A stretch of DNA of 64,000 bases from Lytechinus pictus. Lineage: Eukaryota. A program made the translations under genes and the position numbers. The notes under the pieces are model-generated. The model was not told the DNA's origin, did not search any database, and saw only the letters and a list, made by a program, of their open reading frames with translations. This document shows, piece by piece, positions 49,501-57,857 of the stretch (its first letter is position 1; the number at the start of each line of letters is the position of its first letter). The stretch is from assembly GCF_037042905.1 (NCBI RefSeq), contig NC_087251.1:9302001-9366000 (forward strand), written 5' to 3'.

Positions 49501-51926
49501 ATTTCTTGTTACCTTTTACAAAATATACTTGAAATAATATTATAATCTTGAGCAATAATTTGAATCCTTGTATAATTTATAAGAGTAGGATATTCACAGT
49601 ACTGTAAAAAACATGTTAAGACTGCAACAGAACAAATTAGTGAAAATCAATGTAATATTCCACCTTATACTCCTCCTCTTTAACATGAAATATAATCAAA
49701 TGAATGTCATGCATTCATCTATTATTTTCAGTTTCTAGTCACTTTAATGCAAGTGTACAATATAGGAGATATGCTTAATCTTAATCTTAATAAGAGGTCT
49801 TTTTCAAATCATACCTTGATCATTTATTCTTCAATATAAATGACAAAATAAAGTAGTCAAATTCTTGTTATCTCAATCTGCAGAGATTGATATATAAGAT
49901 TTAACATAATTTTGACATACAATATACATCAATGAATAACCATTGAGACTAACATATTCCAATAATATGTATGATTGTCTTTGAAGGCAAATTTCAGTGT
50001 ACTTGTCTTTCAGCAATTTTGGATGGGGGGGTCATGAAAATTAGCATAGGAACTAGGAATTTAGGATTTGGATTTATGATTTCACAGACTCCCTCTAATT
50101 TATTGATAAACTTCCTGTATTTATTGTTTTTATATTATATCATATGCAATGTCATTGGAATACTTCTTTATTAATAAAAAAGTTATTATAATACTTTTTT
50201 TCGATGACATAACACAAAAACCAATTTGAAAATATTGCATTTTGACTACTTGAATTTGATTTTAACTTAGTTTCATATTACTAGAAAAGTTTTGCAAATT
50301 ATCTAAAGATAATCTTACCATCCACAGAATTTATCTGTGTTAGTACCCAAAAAGAGAGTAAGATCATCTTTCATCTGTGCTTCTGTTTTCTTGTTAGCAA
50401 TCATCACCATGATGTAGTCTGGTAACTCTTCATCTGCAATAACAAACATACCATGAATTATATATTTGTTTTCTCCATATAGATTATTATTATATGATTC
50501 AATATTTGGCTGAAATATTATCAAAGTCTATTGCACAAATTAGTATATTAGAAAAATAAAAGAATTCCTAACTGCATGCAGTCAAAATGTATAACTCTGC
50601 TTTTGCCATATCTGAAATACACTGCACACTTCACAATTAAAAAATTTATACATATCATTATCTAATCAGATTGTCTGTTTAACAAGCATTCATGAACAAA
50701 GACCCTGTTCTCATTACCAACCTAAAACTAGTTTACTGGAAACTAGTTTAAGAACGGTCGAAGCGGTCTTGGAAGTGATCTTCCAAAACGGTTCGGAAAA
50801 ACACCTAGCGATGTAGTTTTCAAGATTGCTTTGCCTCGTTAAACTGGTTTTAGTGTGAGGACACAACCATTCTTCGGGAAGCGATCTTCACACATTTTGA
50901 GCACGCTACTCCACACACTGTGTGTAGAATATCTATGCTGAGGTTTCAAATTTTATGCAAAACATGTGACCCCCACTGAGAGCGTTCCCTAGCAACAAGG
51001 CCATTTTACGTGAAGGGTTTTGAAAACCACTTTCGGCTGATCAAATGGGAACGCTAGCAAAGCGATCTTCCAAACTGGTTTCCTGAATTGATTTCCAGTA
51101 AACTAGTCTTAGAAAGTATGAGAACGGTGTCAGAGTTTACTTCTGAATTATGTAGGCCTATTGGCGGGTGTCTTGGATGTACTTATTCAAACAATGATAC
51201 ATGATCTCTTTGGCCTTTGACTTAGTGACTCTAAATTCAGATTTGATCACTTTTGTTTATAATGCTTAATATGATCCATCTTACAACAAGTCCTTATTCG
51301 AGCATATAATGACCTCTATGACCTTGACCTATGACCTAGCAATCCTCAAAACTAATCAACTCAACCACACTCCAACAACGTGTCAAGTTTGAAGTTGATC
51401 CATTGAACAGTCTTGAATTAAAATACATCAATGAGACAAGTTTTATGTACATAACACCTGTATGAACTTGACTTTATGACAGCAAACTCTATCCAGATCT
51501 CCTACATGCATACTTATAAATACATGGGCCTAACCAAAGTATCTTAAATGGCTTTTTAGTATTTTGTGCATTATGAGACCTTTGACCTTTAAACCCCTAA
51601 AACCAATCAGACCAAATTGCATACATGACCCAAATTTGAGCTTGATCCATTAAGTGGTTCCTTATTAATTGCAAGAATTAAAACATACAGATGGACATCC
51701 AGTGTATAACGGGCGAAGGCACAAAAGCATTCCAGCTGAATTTACCATCTCAATGCTTTGTATATGTAGCTTTTGAACAATGAATTGTTGAATAACATTG
51801 TGCCTGATTATATTACAACATTCATGCAAATATTTTGCAGTAAATCCACTGATGATGAATACAAACACTAACATATTACTTACCAACATAATTTCCCAGG
51901 TCAATCAGTTTAGCTCTTATGGCTTC
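7825..51926 (-). CDS. ZC3H14: Zinc finger CCCH domain-containing protein 14 (Nab2 orthologue), spliced, partial at both ends; 13 exons listed separately
   Basis: Spliced translation gives EAIRAKLIDLGNYVDEELPDYIMVMIANKKTEAQMKDDLTLFLGTNTDKFCGWLQGVLNKL (PWI-like), the conserved motifs QPLPKTKQNSMALLKKAMTQAQES and SPRFIVTMEG, and five CCCH fingers. All 12 introns are GT-AG with matching phases. Confidence 0.96.
8195..10771. repeat. Composite minisatellite: 39-bp units, 57-bp units, then 44 x 39-bp units (61 cores in total)
   Basis: Core GTTTCAATGCTGCAAGGTCTACAGAACTGAAAGGGGAA(C/G). The 57-bp variant adds GTTCATAAAAATCTAAAAC, ten times at 57-bp spacing (8521-9034). Confidence 0.98.
10758..11130 (+). 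mobile_element. Degenerate MITE left arm (AAAGGGGAAGTTCATCCTGAC family)
   Basis: Similar to 60613-61108 (AAAATAGCAGAAA...TTGGT...GAGGAAAAT..ATC; far end GGTGAAATTCCCCTTTAA) and to 40052-40067. Confidence 0.6.
11264..12127 (+). repeat. Copy 2 of ~0.86-kb direct duplication
   Basis: Near-identical to 4289-5143. Confidence 0.95.
13489..14255. mobile_element. PIF/Harbinger-like MITE
   Basis: TIRs TATCCCTTTCATACTGC / GCAATATGAAAGGTGTA, TTA on both flanks, subterminal TTCGCCGGCGAA repeats. Confidence 0.75.
14716..15615 (+). mobile_element. HINE-like element with ~150-bp tandem repeats (second family)
   Basis: Starts AAACAAGAG; about 5 copies of GTGACCTTGACCTTTGACCTCAAAATCAATAGG...GTTATCGCGTTTACAAG; ACGG microrepeat, terminal hairpin and A-run. 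Confidence 0.75.
16452..16665. mobile_element. Short TIR MITE
   Basis: CGTCTGCACC...GGTGCAGACG inverted termini. Confidence 0.55.
17375..19096 (-). mobile_element. HINE-like element (third family)
   Basis: Subterminal inverted repeat AATTAGGTGATCTGTC / GACAGATCACCTAATT with short hairpins at both ends; minus strand starts AACTAG. Confidence 0.7.
18692..18782 (+). pseudogene. Degenerate tRNA-like Pol III cassette
   Basis: A box TAGCTCAGTTGA, anticodon-like loop CTTGCAA, B-box-like GGTTGGAACC, then a T20 run; stems do not pair well. Confidence 0.55.
19885..20520 (+). mobile_element. Truncated copy of the 27976-29016 element
   Basis: Shares TTTCAGCCCAGTTGACACTGTAGTGAAT and the TGCATAAATTAGCAT repeats. 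Confidence 0.8.
20601..21484 (+). mobile_element. Hairpin-headed element B (Crypton-like)
   Basis: Hairpin 20605-20771 centred on ACGAGGCGCAGCCGAGT; inverted arms TTATAGAATGGA (20773-20784) / TCCATTCTATAA (21473-21484). Confidence 0.7.
21600..21896 (-). pseudogene. Decayed LTR-retrotransposon integrase-like fragment
   Basis: Translation CGATC...PIGRLAPFPFPRYPWHLRLSAD resembles the CxxC...L.P.P.P..PW.....D motif preceding the integrase core. Confidence 0.4.
22398..22686. mobile_element. Short foldback MITE
   Basis: AAGCACTATATGGGCATCAATCCAGCAGC...CTCATGAATATTCATA mirrored by TATGAATATTCATGAGCATGCTGCAGGATTGGTGCCCATATGGTGCTT. Confidence 0.7.
22740..22819 (-). CDS. ZC3H14: ZC3H14 exon (80 nt), ZF4 TARKTICKFYPNCSNSKCPFIHPVQK
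   Basis: Acceptor TATTTTTACAG, donor GTAAGA; phase 1 to 0. Confidence 0.95.
24091..25266 (+). mobile_element. Intact Helentron/HINE-like element with ~120-bp tandem repeats
   Basis: AAACAAG start, subterminal GTCTCGC(CTGCAT), internal repeats, 3' hairpin GTCTCGC...GCGAGAC, inserted in an A-run. Confidence 0.8.
25855..26027 (-). CDS. ZC3H14: ZC3H14 exon (173 nt), ZF2-ZF3 TFPNCKFGDKCLFIHPNCKFDATCMNPTCPYTH...AFKQ
   Basis: Acceptor CATCCACAG, donor GTAAGT; phase 2 to 1. Confidence 0.96.
26441..26911. mobile_element. TIR MITE (GACCCTGTTCTCAT family)
   Basis: GACCCTGTTCTCAT...ATGAGAATGGGGTT; related copy at 50701-51131 in the opposite internal orientation. Confidence 0.65.
27976..29016 (+). mobile_element. 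HINE-like element with ~118-bp tandem repeats (fourth family)
   Basis: AACTAG start, subterminal GAGCTGATCCGGC, terminal hairpin AGCTCATCTGGC-TCTTCGG-GCCAGATGAGCT, then AAAA. Confidence 0.8.
29250..29560 (+). mobile_element. Decayed L2/CR1-type LINE 3' end
   Basis: Frameshifted remnants of the typical ORF2 C-terminus (R.IRS...SFQYAG...WNKLPKDI...SLKTWLF). Confidence 0.55.
30921..31510. mobile_element. TTAA-specific (Kolobok-like) MITE, copy 1
   Basis: TTAA TSDs; long TIRs AGGACAAGTCCACCCC / GGTGGACTTGACCT. Confidence 0.9.
31970..32458. mobile_element. TIR element with TAG...CTA termini
   Basis: CTAGCCTTTTGACAAGGCC ... GGCCTTGTTCAAAGGCTAG. Confidence 0.6.
37643..39229. mobile_element. TTAA MITE copy 2, interrupted by 38035-39012
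   Basis: Colinear with 42758-43347 on both sides of the insert. Confidence 0.9.
38035..39012. mobile_element. hAT-like non-autonomous element nested in the TTAA MITE
   Basis: TIRs CAGGGATGCCAGT / ACTGACATCCCT; AAAATA duplicated at the flanks. Confidence 0.7.
39461..40048. mobile_element. TTAA-type foldback MITE (second family)
   Basis: AGGGATGTTCCAGGCTGAAGATATTTA ... TAAATATCTTCAGCCTGGAGCATCCCT; TTAA/GTAA flanks. Confidence 0.85.
40131..40233 (-). CDS. ZC3H14: ZC3H14 exon (103 nt), ZF1 ERCKFWPACKNGSDCLFFHPSTPC(R)
   Basis: Acceptor TTGTTTTAG, donor GTAAGA; C-x5-C-x5-C-x3-H; phase 1 to 2. Confidence 0.96.
41096..41249 (-). CDS. ZC3H14: ZC3H14 exon (154 nt) VIIKESSS...IAPVTFSLQESDE
   Basis: Acceptor TTTCATTATAG, donor GTACTT; phase 0 to 1, bridges neighbours in frame. 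Confidence 0.85.
41284..42035. mobile_element. Harbinger-like MITE
   Basis: GGGCCGTATTCTG / CAGAATACCACCC termini, CAG TSD; 34 nt from the 41249 acceptor. Confidence 0.75.
42530..42755. repeat. Degenerate ~21-bp minisatellite
   Basis: Repeats of TTTGAGATCAATCTCAGTTAGAA-like units. Confidence 0.8.
42758..43347. mobile_element. TTAA MITE copy 3 (intact)
   Basis: TTAA TSDs at 42754-42757 and 43348-43351; long TIRs. Confidence 0.9.
43428..43731 (-). CDS. ZC3H14: ZC3H14 exon (304 nt) EPPAQP...SSPRFIVTMEG...PMQYQQ
   Basis: Acceptor TTTCATCAG, donor GTACTT; contains the conserved SPxFIVTLDG-like motif; phase 2 to 0. Confidence 0.88.
43846..44300 (+). mobile_element. Hairpin-headed element C (Crypton-like)
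   Basis: Hairpin 43851-44014 centred on ACGAGGCGTAGCCGAGT; inverted arms 44018-44027 / 44290-44299. Confidence 0.7.
44623..44827 (-). CDS. ZC3H14: ZC3H14 exon (205 nt) DQRQIINTMET...DRLTSLMK(R)
   Basis: Acceptor ATTGCAG, donor GTAAAC; phase 1 to 2. Confidence 0.85.
45334..45710 (-). CDS. ZC3H14: ZC3H14 exon (377 nt), acidic region SIPADKEP...EESDEDDD
   Basis: Acceptor CACTTGTAG; donor GTGGGT chosen because it gives the phase 1 required by the next exon; open frame (ORF 45326-45655). Confidence 0.85.
46268..46435 (-). CDS. ZC3H14: ZC3H14 exon (168 nt) QPLPKTKQNSMALLKKAMTQAQES...KIVA(R)
   Basis: Acceptor TTTCCACAG, donor GTATGA; resembles the ZC3H14 PSLPPSKQANKNLILKAISEAQES motif; phase 2 to 2. 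Confidence 0.9.
46877..47555. mobile_element. TIR MITE with internal palindromes
   Basis: AATTCGTCGGCGGTCAT ... ATGACCGCCGACGAATT perfect inverted termini. Confidence 0.8.
47687..47811 (-). CDS. ZC3H14: ZC3H14 exon (125 nt) IVSMKRPGPGSVIGQIIEGKEEDSDDEPVVKRVASTVKPRR(R)
   Basis: Acceptor TTTTTGTAG, donor GTACAG; phase 0 to 2, compatible with both neighbours. Confidence 0.88.
48322..48525. repeat. Short inverted-repeat element with TTAGGG-like interior
   Basis: GACATTTGCTCCTG ... CAGGAGCAAATGTC flanking TAAGGGTTAGGGTT..TTAGGTTTAGGG. Confidence 0.6.
48645..49380 (-). CDS. ZC3H14: ZC3H14 exon (736 nt) LQGVLNKL...KKKKSKKK...SVKSRLG...VVKVP
   Basis: Acceptor TTTTAAG, donor GTAAGT; open frame (ORF 48615-49427); Lys-rich NLS-like stretch; phase 2 to 0. 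Confidence 0.93.
50319..50433 (-). CDS. ZC3H14: ZC3H14 exon (115 nt) DEELPDYIMVMIANKK...KFCG(W), PWI-like core
   Basis: Acceptor ATTGCAG, donor GTAAGA; hallmark DEELPDYIMVM.ANKK motif; phase 1 to 2. Confidence 0.96.
50701..51131. mobile_element. TIR MITE (GACCCTGTTCTCAT family)
   Basis: GACCCTGTTCTCAT ... ATGAGAACGGTGTC. Confidence 0.7.
51884..51926 (-). CDS. ZC3H14: ZC3H14 exon (43 nt) EAIRAKLIDLGNYV(D)
   Basis: Acceptor TTTAACACAG, donor GTAAGT; matches the SAIKGKLQELGAYVD segment of ZC3H14; phase 0 to 1. Confidence 0.92.
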
Positions 51927-52466
51927 CTGTGTTAAAAGAAAGAAAGAAGTTCTGAACAACAATCTGTTTTCTGACTAAAAAAAGCTGAATAACATATGAA
52001 TATAATTCTATTGGTAAGTATCTCTAGTGTCATGTCCACTGTTCAAAACATTGTGCTTATGAAAATACCAAGCTCAACCATGGCAAAACTAACAGGCATC
52101 GGTTTAGTACAATGGTAATTACCGGTATGTATATTATAGTATTTCATCAAATAATCAAAAGAATGGCGCATATGATGAATTTGAGCAAATTTATAAAAAT
52201 AACAATGGGCTAATTAGCATAGCACCACCATCGGAAACCCAGAAAGAAGATTTGCAAGGACTGTCTTTTGTTTTGTCCATTTATTATGAAGTGCAGTATG
52301 AGGCGCCTTTTAAATTTAGCTTGTTTTTTTTTAACTGTTTTTTTTAATCCACTTTATACATGAATACTACATCATTTTTGAGCAATAGCTTTTGTGTACT
52401 TCAATGGACAAATAAAATATGTTTGCTGATAATTACTTTAAAGGCCTTATACGGCACATCATAAAA

Positions 52467-52985
52467 TAGCCAGGAGGCTCCTAGAGACTATTAATCAGTC
52501 ACTAACGTTAGCTTTCTCTCCACGAAGCCAGGAATTGTGCCTATATCATGTACATAGAGATTTCTACTTTCCCTGTAAAAGTTCTAGCCCTAAATCATAT
52601 AAATGGGCAAGAACTTCATTATAGAGAGAGGTAGACGTTTGCCGCCCTATATATGCGTCTCTAAGCTTAGCTACCAACAAAGAGGGCAAGATGACGGCAT
52701 AAACATCAGTAAGTTAAATCTCATCTTCTCATAATTTTTTTTTTTTTAATTCATATTGTTTTAAAATGTAATCAATAATGTATAAATGTTGGAAATTAAG
52801 TTCCAGCCCACTTACATGACTTACAGCTAGAACTTTTACAGGGAAAGCAGAAATCTCGGGGGGGGGGGGGGGGGGGTTCAATTTTGCCTGTCCTCTACCC
52901 ACATGATATAGGCACAATGACTGGACCTGTGGAGAGTAAGCTCACGTTAGTGAATGATTTTTACTCTCTTGGAGCCTCCTGGCTA
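52467..52985. mobile_element. TAGCC...GGCTA long-TIR element (Academ-like termini)
   Basis: TAGCCAGGAGGCTCC... mirrored by ...GGAGCCTCCTGGCTA over more than 100 bp. Confidence 0.7.
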
Positions 52986-53034
52986 ACGAAAGATGGTCCT
53001 TGCAAAGACCGTTTCGTGCAATCGGCCCATGGCC

Positions 53035-54591
53035 TAGCCAAGAGGCTCTAGAGAGTAAAAATCATTCACTAACGTATGCTTACTCTCCACGGAGCCAGGG
53101 ATTGTGCCCAATTCATGTGCATATACCGTGGTCAACATTGCAATTTTCGCCCACAAGATTTCTACTTTCCCTGTATAGAGTCTGCTGCCATCTATAAGCG
53201 TCTCATAGCTTAGCTACTAACAAAGAAAGAAAAATGGCGACGTAAACATCAGCAAGTTTTTTCTGTTTCTGTTTCTGTTTATGGTAACTCCCGTAAGAAC
53301 TCGGCAGGACAGCATTTTGCTGGTAAACGCCAAGCTGGTATATAACCAATTACCTAGGAAACATTTTACATCTAGGTTAATCAGTCATAGTGGCTGACGT
53401 TATAGACGACAGATATCACTCTCGGGCCTTTTTATCAAAGTGGAGACGACATCTGGCAGAAATATATTTCTTTTTTTTAATATTTGTTTAAGAATGAAAT
53501 CAGTTACATGATTTTGGGCTAGATCTCCTACAGAGAAAGTACAAATCTCAGGGGCGAAAATTGAAATGTTGACCGCACTATACTTATGGCAGTGAGTCCA
53601 AACTTCGCGTCTGACCATACTTTGCGGAAGGTGATTATCTAAAAAACTAGCCATTATCCTTAAAATCTGACAATGTCAACGTGAAAAGTGACTTAAAATT
53701 ACCCTTTGGCATAAGTTTCTTTAGGATGGGTTCAGTATTCATGAAAATATTGACAAAAGATCGGCAAATTTGTCACCGTATGCGCCCGTACCAAAGAAAT
53801 CTGAAATTCTGAACAAGCATCACGATATCATCATTTTGCAAGCAGATAGGCCTATAATAAAAAATGTGAGTTTGATGGGGTAGGCCCAACCGACTGATTC
53901 CATAGCACTTTGTCGTTAATCTGATATAAATCTCTCACCTTTTGAGCTTGAGTTTTTGTTTAAATCTCCACAAAAACTTTGGTCTGCAAAGTTATGCCAC
54001 CCATGCATTCGTCGATCGGGATAGAATTTTGAGATCGAGATACCGCGAAACCCGTTGACCTACTTCACATTTTTGTCAATGATTTTATAATAGTTCTACA
54101 ATCCTGCCGTCAATGTGGTAACTATTTTTTAAATTTGTTTTGTATAAATGTGGAGCGTTGTGGCCCAGTGGATTAGTCTGCGGACTTTGAAACAGAGGGT
54201 CGTGGGTTCAAATCCCAGCCATGGCATAATTTCCTTCAGCAAGGAATTCATCCAGTGTGCTGCACTCGACCCAGGTGAGGTAAATACATGTAGGTACCAG
54301 CAGGAAGTAATTCCTCAAAAAGCCATGTGCACCTGATCAATAGGTAGCCTAGCTTAGCCGGGTAATAATAGCAGGGCCCGCTGGGAGAACAGTTTCGGAA
54401 CTGAAGTGGCTACCCTGGGTAAATATACTGTTATTATTAATTGTGAATATTTTGTGAACAAATTGAAGCCTGATTAATATTTTTGAAATGTCCTCGTAGT
54501 TTGGACACCCCATCATACATGAATGGGGCACAATCCCTGGCTCCGTGGATAGTACGCACATGGTATTGAATGATATTACTGGCCTTAGCTA
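53035..54591. mobile_element. Longer member of the same TAGCC family, hosting a SINE
   Basis: Left arm ...CTCCACGGAGCCAGGGATTGTGCCCAATTCATG mirrored at 54518-54591. Confidence 0.65.
54152..54439 (+). mobile_element. tRNA-derived SINE
   Basis: A box TGGCCCAGTGG, B box GGTTCAAATCCC, core TGTGCTGCACTCGACCCAGGTGAGGT shared with 2033-2312, (TTA)n tail. Confidence 0.9.
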
Positions 54592-55400
54592 CCTGAAGAC
54601 ACGGACCAGGCCGAGGACTGAGGTAGGCGATGTTTGGAATTGTAAATTGTATCTTTGTTTTTTTGCTGATGAAGTCATTTCGGCAAGAGTTCCAAGGAAG
54701 TTTTAACACAACCTTGAGTTAGATCCAGGTCATACGGTCTTAATTAGACGGATATTCAAAAAATATTATGAAGCGATGTTTGCAGACTGCTTGATTTGAA
54801 AATCCACAACCACAATCCATTGTGTGTACTGTATTACCGACCGTCCTTGTATTACAGAACGAAAGCGTACATTATACGCGTCAGAAAATAATTTCATACG
54901 CTCAAAACTTTGCATAGATTATATTCTAGAATCTAATCCTTCCAAAGCCCGGGAACTTGAATTGAAAGATGATGAAAAATGTTCAAAAACATATTTTCAA
55001 AGTCTTTATATTCTCAATAAAATAAAATATGGTTTAAATAGATCACCAGTCATGCCAGTGATTTTGCTGTTTTTCTCAACTTTTCCCATTGAAACACACC
55101 TTCGGTAATATACAATACCTTTTTCAAATCAAGTGACGTGACCAAAATATTTCACATGCGAAGAGGTGTCCGATCAATTAGAAGCTGATCGTAAAAAAGA
55201 AAACAATTTCGACAAATACTAGTAACTAGATCTAGAATAGATTTATATTTTGTTGGTATTTGTAGGTAATTACGGTGAAAGTTTGGTGAATTTCATGTGT
55301 TTGATGTGATTGTGTTCGGTAATACCAAATTGGCAAACACAAATTTAGGGTCTTCGATCCACTGGCAATGCCATGCAATGGCACTAGGCTACTTAAACCC

Positions 55401-55899
55401 AGGGAGCTCCGGCCTGCAAAGCGGGCCGGAGCCCAGGAGTCCACCGTGCATTTAGACATAGACACGGGACTTGGGTAGATTGGGGTCTCAATAACTTACT
55501 TTAAAAAATGTGAAAACAGAAATTATGCACTTACCACGATTATATGGATGAAGGTCTATCATGTGACAGCATCCTGACATCGAGGCACAGACTGGAACCT
55601 CAAAAAAACGAAAAGTTCTGTTGCGATATACCTCTCCTTCTTTCAAATTTCATAACAAAATGGCCGATCGAGACTGGGGTAGAAGGAGAGGTATCGCGAC
55701 AGAACTTTTCGTTTTTTTGAGGTTCCAGTCTATGCCTCGATGTCAGGATGCTGTCACACGATAGACCTTCATCCATATGTGCATAATGTCTGTTTTCACA
55801 TTTTTTTAGTAAGTTATTGAGACCTCAATCTACCCCAGTCCCGTGTCTATGTCTAAATGCACGGTGGACTCCGGCCCACGAAGCGGGCCGGAGCTCCCT
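55401..55899. mobile_element. ~500-bp foldback element
   Basis: Arms ~55401-55640 and 55682-55899 are near-perfect reverse complements. Confidence 0.9.
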
Positions 55900-56579
55900 T
55901 GGTTGTAGACCAAAAGCTTCGGTCTCTGTAATGTTGGTTGTTCCGCTGAACTCCGTTGACTCCACTCACCAAATACAGACACTGAAGTTCTAGCGCGATC
56001 TGTACAGAGGACTCAATGGCCATATGTTTATGTATTAAGTTCGGATAAAACAGGGAAGTGAAGTTGCGTGACAGCAAAAGTAAGTCTCTGTTTTTTCCCC
56101 TTTTAAGTTGATTTTTCCCCGTTTTGGTGCATTTCAGGACAAAACGGAATTCCAATCTTTATTTTGATTTTTGGTTAACCCAGTTGTTGTGTGTCTGGAC
56201 AGGTTGTGTGTCCGGACGATCAATGTTAGAAAGACATTTGGAAAAATTTACAAGCGAAGTTTCATCAATTTTTAGTACAAAGTGTTAGGAAATATTATAG
56301 AGAACAAAATAGAAGATGATTACAACTATTGAATTCATATTTTTAGTGTAATCCAAAGACAAAAAAGAAGGCTTCAAAAATATAAAGTGTCCGGACACCC
56401 GACCCCCCATCCTACAGTTCTATTTATATATTTTTATGAAAAGACAAAAATCGATGAGCCCCGTCGGGGGATTTTGCATTGTTAACCCCCAAATGGTGGC
56501 TGCACGATAGCGAGCCGTCTGTGTACGAGAAATAAAAAAAATATAAAATGTTAAAAAACTCCTCGAAACAGACGGCTGC

Positions 56580-57827
56580 CAGGGGCCCGTTTCTCAACAC
56601 CGTCATAAGTCTAACTTCTTGACTAAATCGGAGATAGTGAGCTACTTGTCCGCTAACGGTTTCACGAAGCCCTCTTTACCAAGATCGGGTACAACAACCT
56701 CACTAAATATTTATGACACCTCCGAACCTGTCACAACTTCTTTCTTAATGACGTAGTGGCATCACGTGGTAGATAATGACATGCAAAAGTGCCTAGAAAT
56801 TTTAAAATTATAATCTTACGTAATCAATCATAGAGGTTGAAATTACATCCCAAAGCAAGTGGGATAATGCATTCAATAATTGTAATACAAAGAAACTATA
56901 AAAACTGTTGGTAAAACGCAACAAAACCATTCATTTTGAAATAGTAAAATGATTTAATCGATAAAGATTCTACCACGTCAGTCATCAGGCCATCCATAAC
57001 TGAACTCGTATTTGTTGTTTTCAGACCCCTATTAACAGTTGGATAAATTCTATCTCTAATTTATGCATATAATTTGTCAAATATCATATGTTTCGGTATC
57101 AATGATTAAAAATGTTTCGTTAAACTATATTTTGATGAAATTTGGAATCGTAAAAGACCGTATAATTGTCATCATTTTACAAAGAAAACCGTTATGGTTT
57201 ACTTTCGTAAACTATTAAAATTGGATATCCCGGGGGTACCCATCTCAACGTCCACAAGTGATTTCTTAATCTTAGTCATGAAATGAATTATTCATAATTT
57301 AATTTTCAATGCAATTTAATGCTCCAGTCTTCATGGTCTAAGTATGTATGATGCATAATTCACCTGTGCTATTATTTTGAAAAGATTTATTTCCCAATTC
57401 ATCACAATATTTGCAATTTTGTCATAATTTTTCTTTTTGAAAATTATGATATTTTGTGACTAAGCTAAGCCTAAGGCTAGGCCTACGTCTCGTCTGCTCT
57501 TTTTAACAGGGCGTTGTGGCGTGCGCCTGTAATCCAAGCTGTGGGGAAGTTACAAATTGATGCAGAGGTTCGAGCCCTGGTCACGTCTTTTGGATGGTGA
57601 CGTTAAAGGTCGGTCCCAGACGTAAATAATCATATCTGATTGATACACGTCTGACAAAACTCAAAAACACACACACACACACTGCTCTTTTTACCGATAG
57701 TATCGATATCAAGGTATTCTAGTTAGGAAGCCTTTCGAGAAACAGGTTTAGTAAGATTGGAACTAACTCCGTGGTTGGTGGATAAAGATATGACTAACTT
57801 GTCCATGTGTTGAGAAACGGGCCCCTG
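56580..57827. mobile_element. Harbinger-like TIR element nested in the TAGAC element
   Basis: Perfect 21-bp TIR CAGGGGCCCGTTTCTCAACAC / GTGTTGAGAAACGGGCCCCTG; TSD ambiguous. Confidence 0.8.
57506..57681 (+). mobile_element. Short SINE with 7SL-like head, B box, Deu-like segment and (CA)n tail
   Basis: 12-bp TSD CTGCTCTTTTTA at 57494-57505 and 57682-57693; head ACAGGGCGTTGTGGCGTGCGCCTGTAATCCAAGCT; B box GGTTCGAGCCC at 57567-57577. Confidence 0.85.
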
Positions 57828-57857
57828 GCCTGCTGTCTACCTGGGCTGGGTTGCTAC

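Larger units (their letters stand above)
55906..57839 (+). mobile_element. TAGAC...GTCTA element copy 1 (interrupted)
   Basis: Same left and right ends as 57858-58787; flanks CCTTGGTTG / CCTGGGCTG. Confidence 0.75.

Noticed and set aside
53616..53658. MASFLDNHLPQSM as first coding exon of ZC3H14
   Set aside because: Phase fits, but the donor (GTCAGA) is weak, there is no similarity to the known N-terminus, and it lies inside the 53035-54591 TIR element.
57506..57681. True 7SL (SRP) RNA gene
   Set aside because: Too short, no S domain, and flanked by a TSD with a simple-repeat tail.
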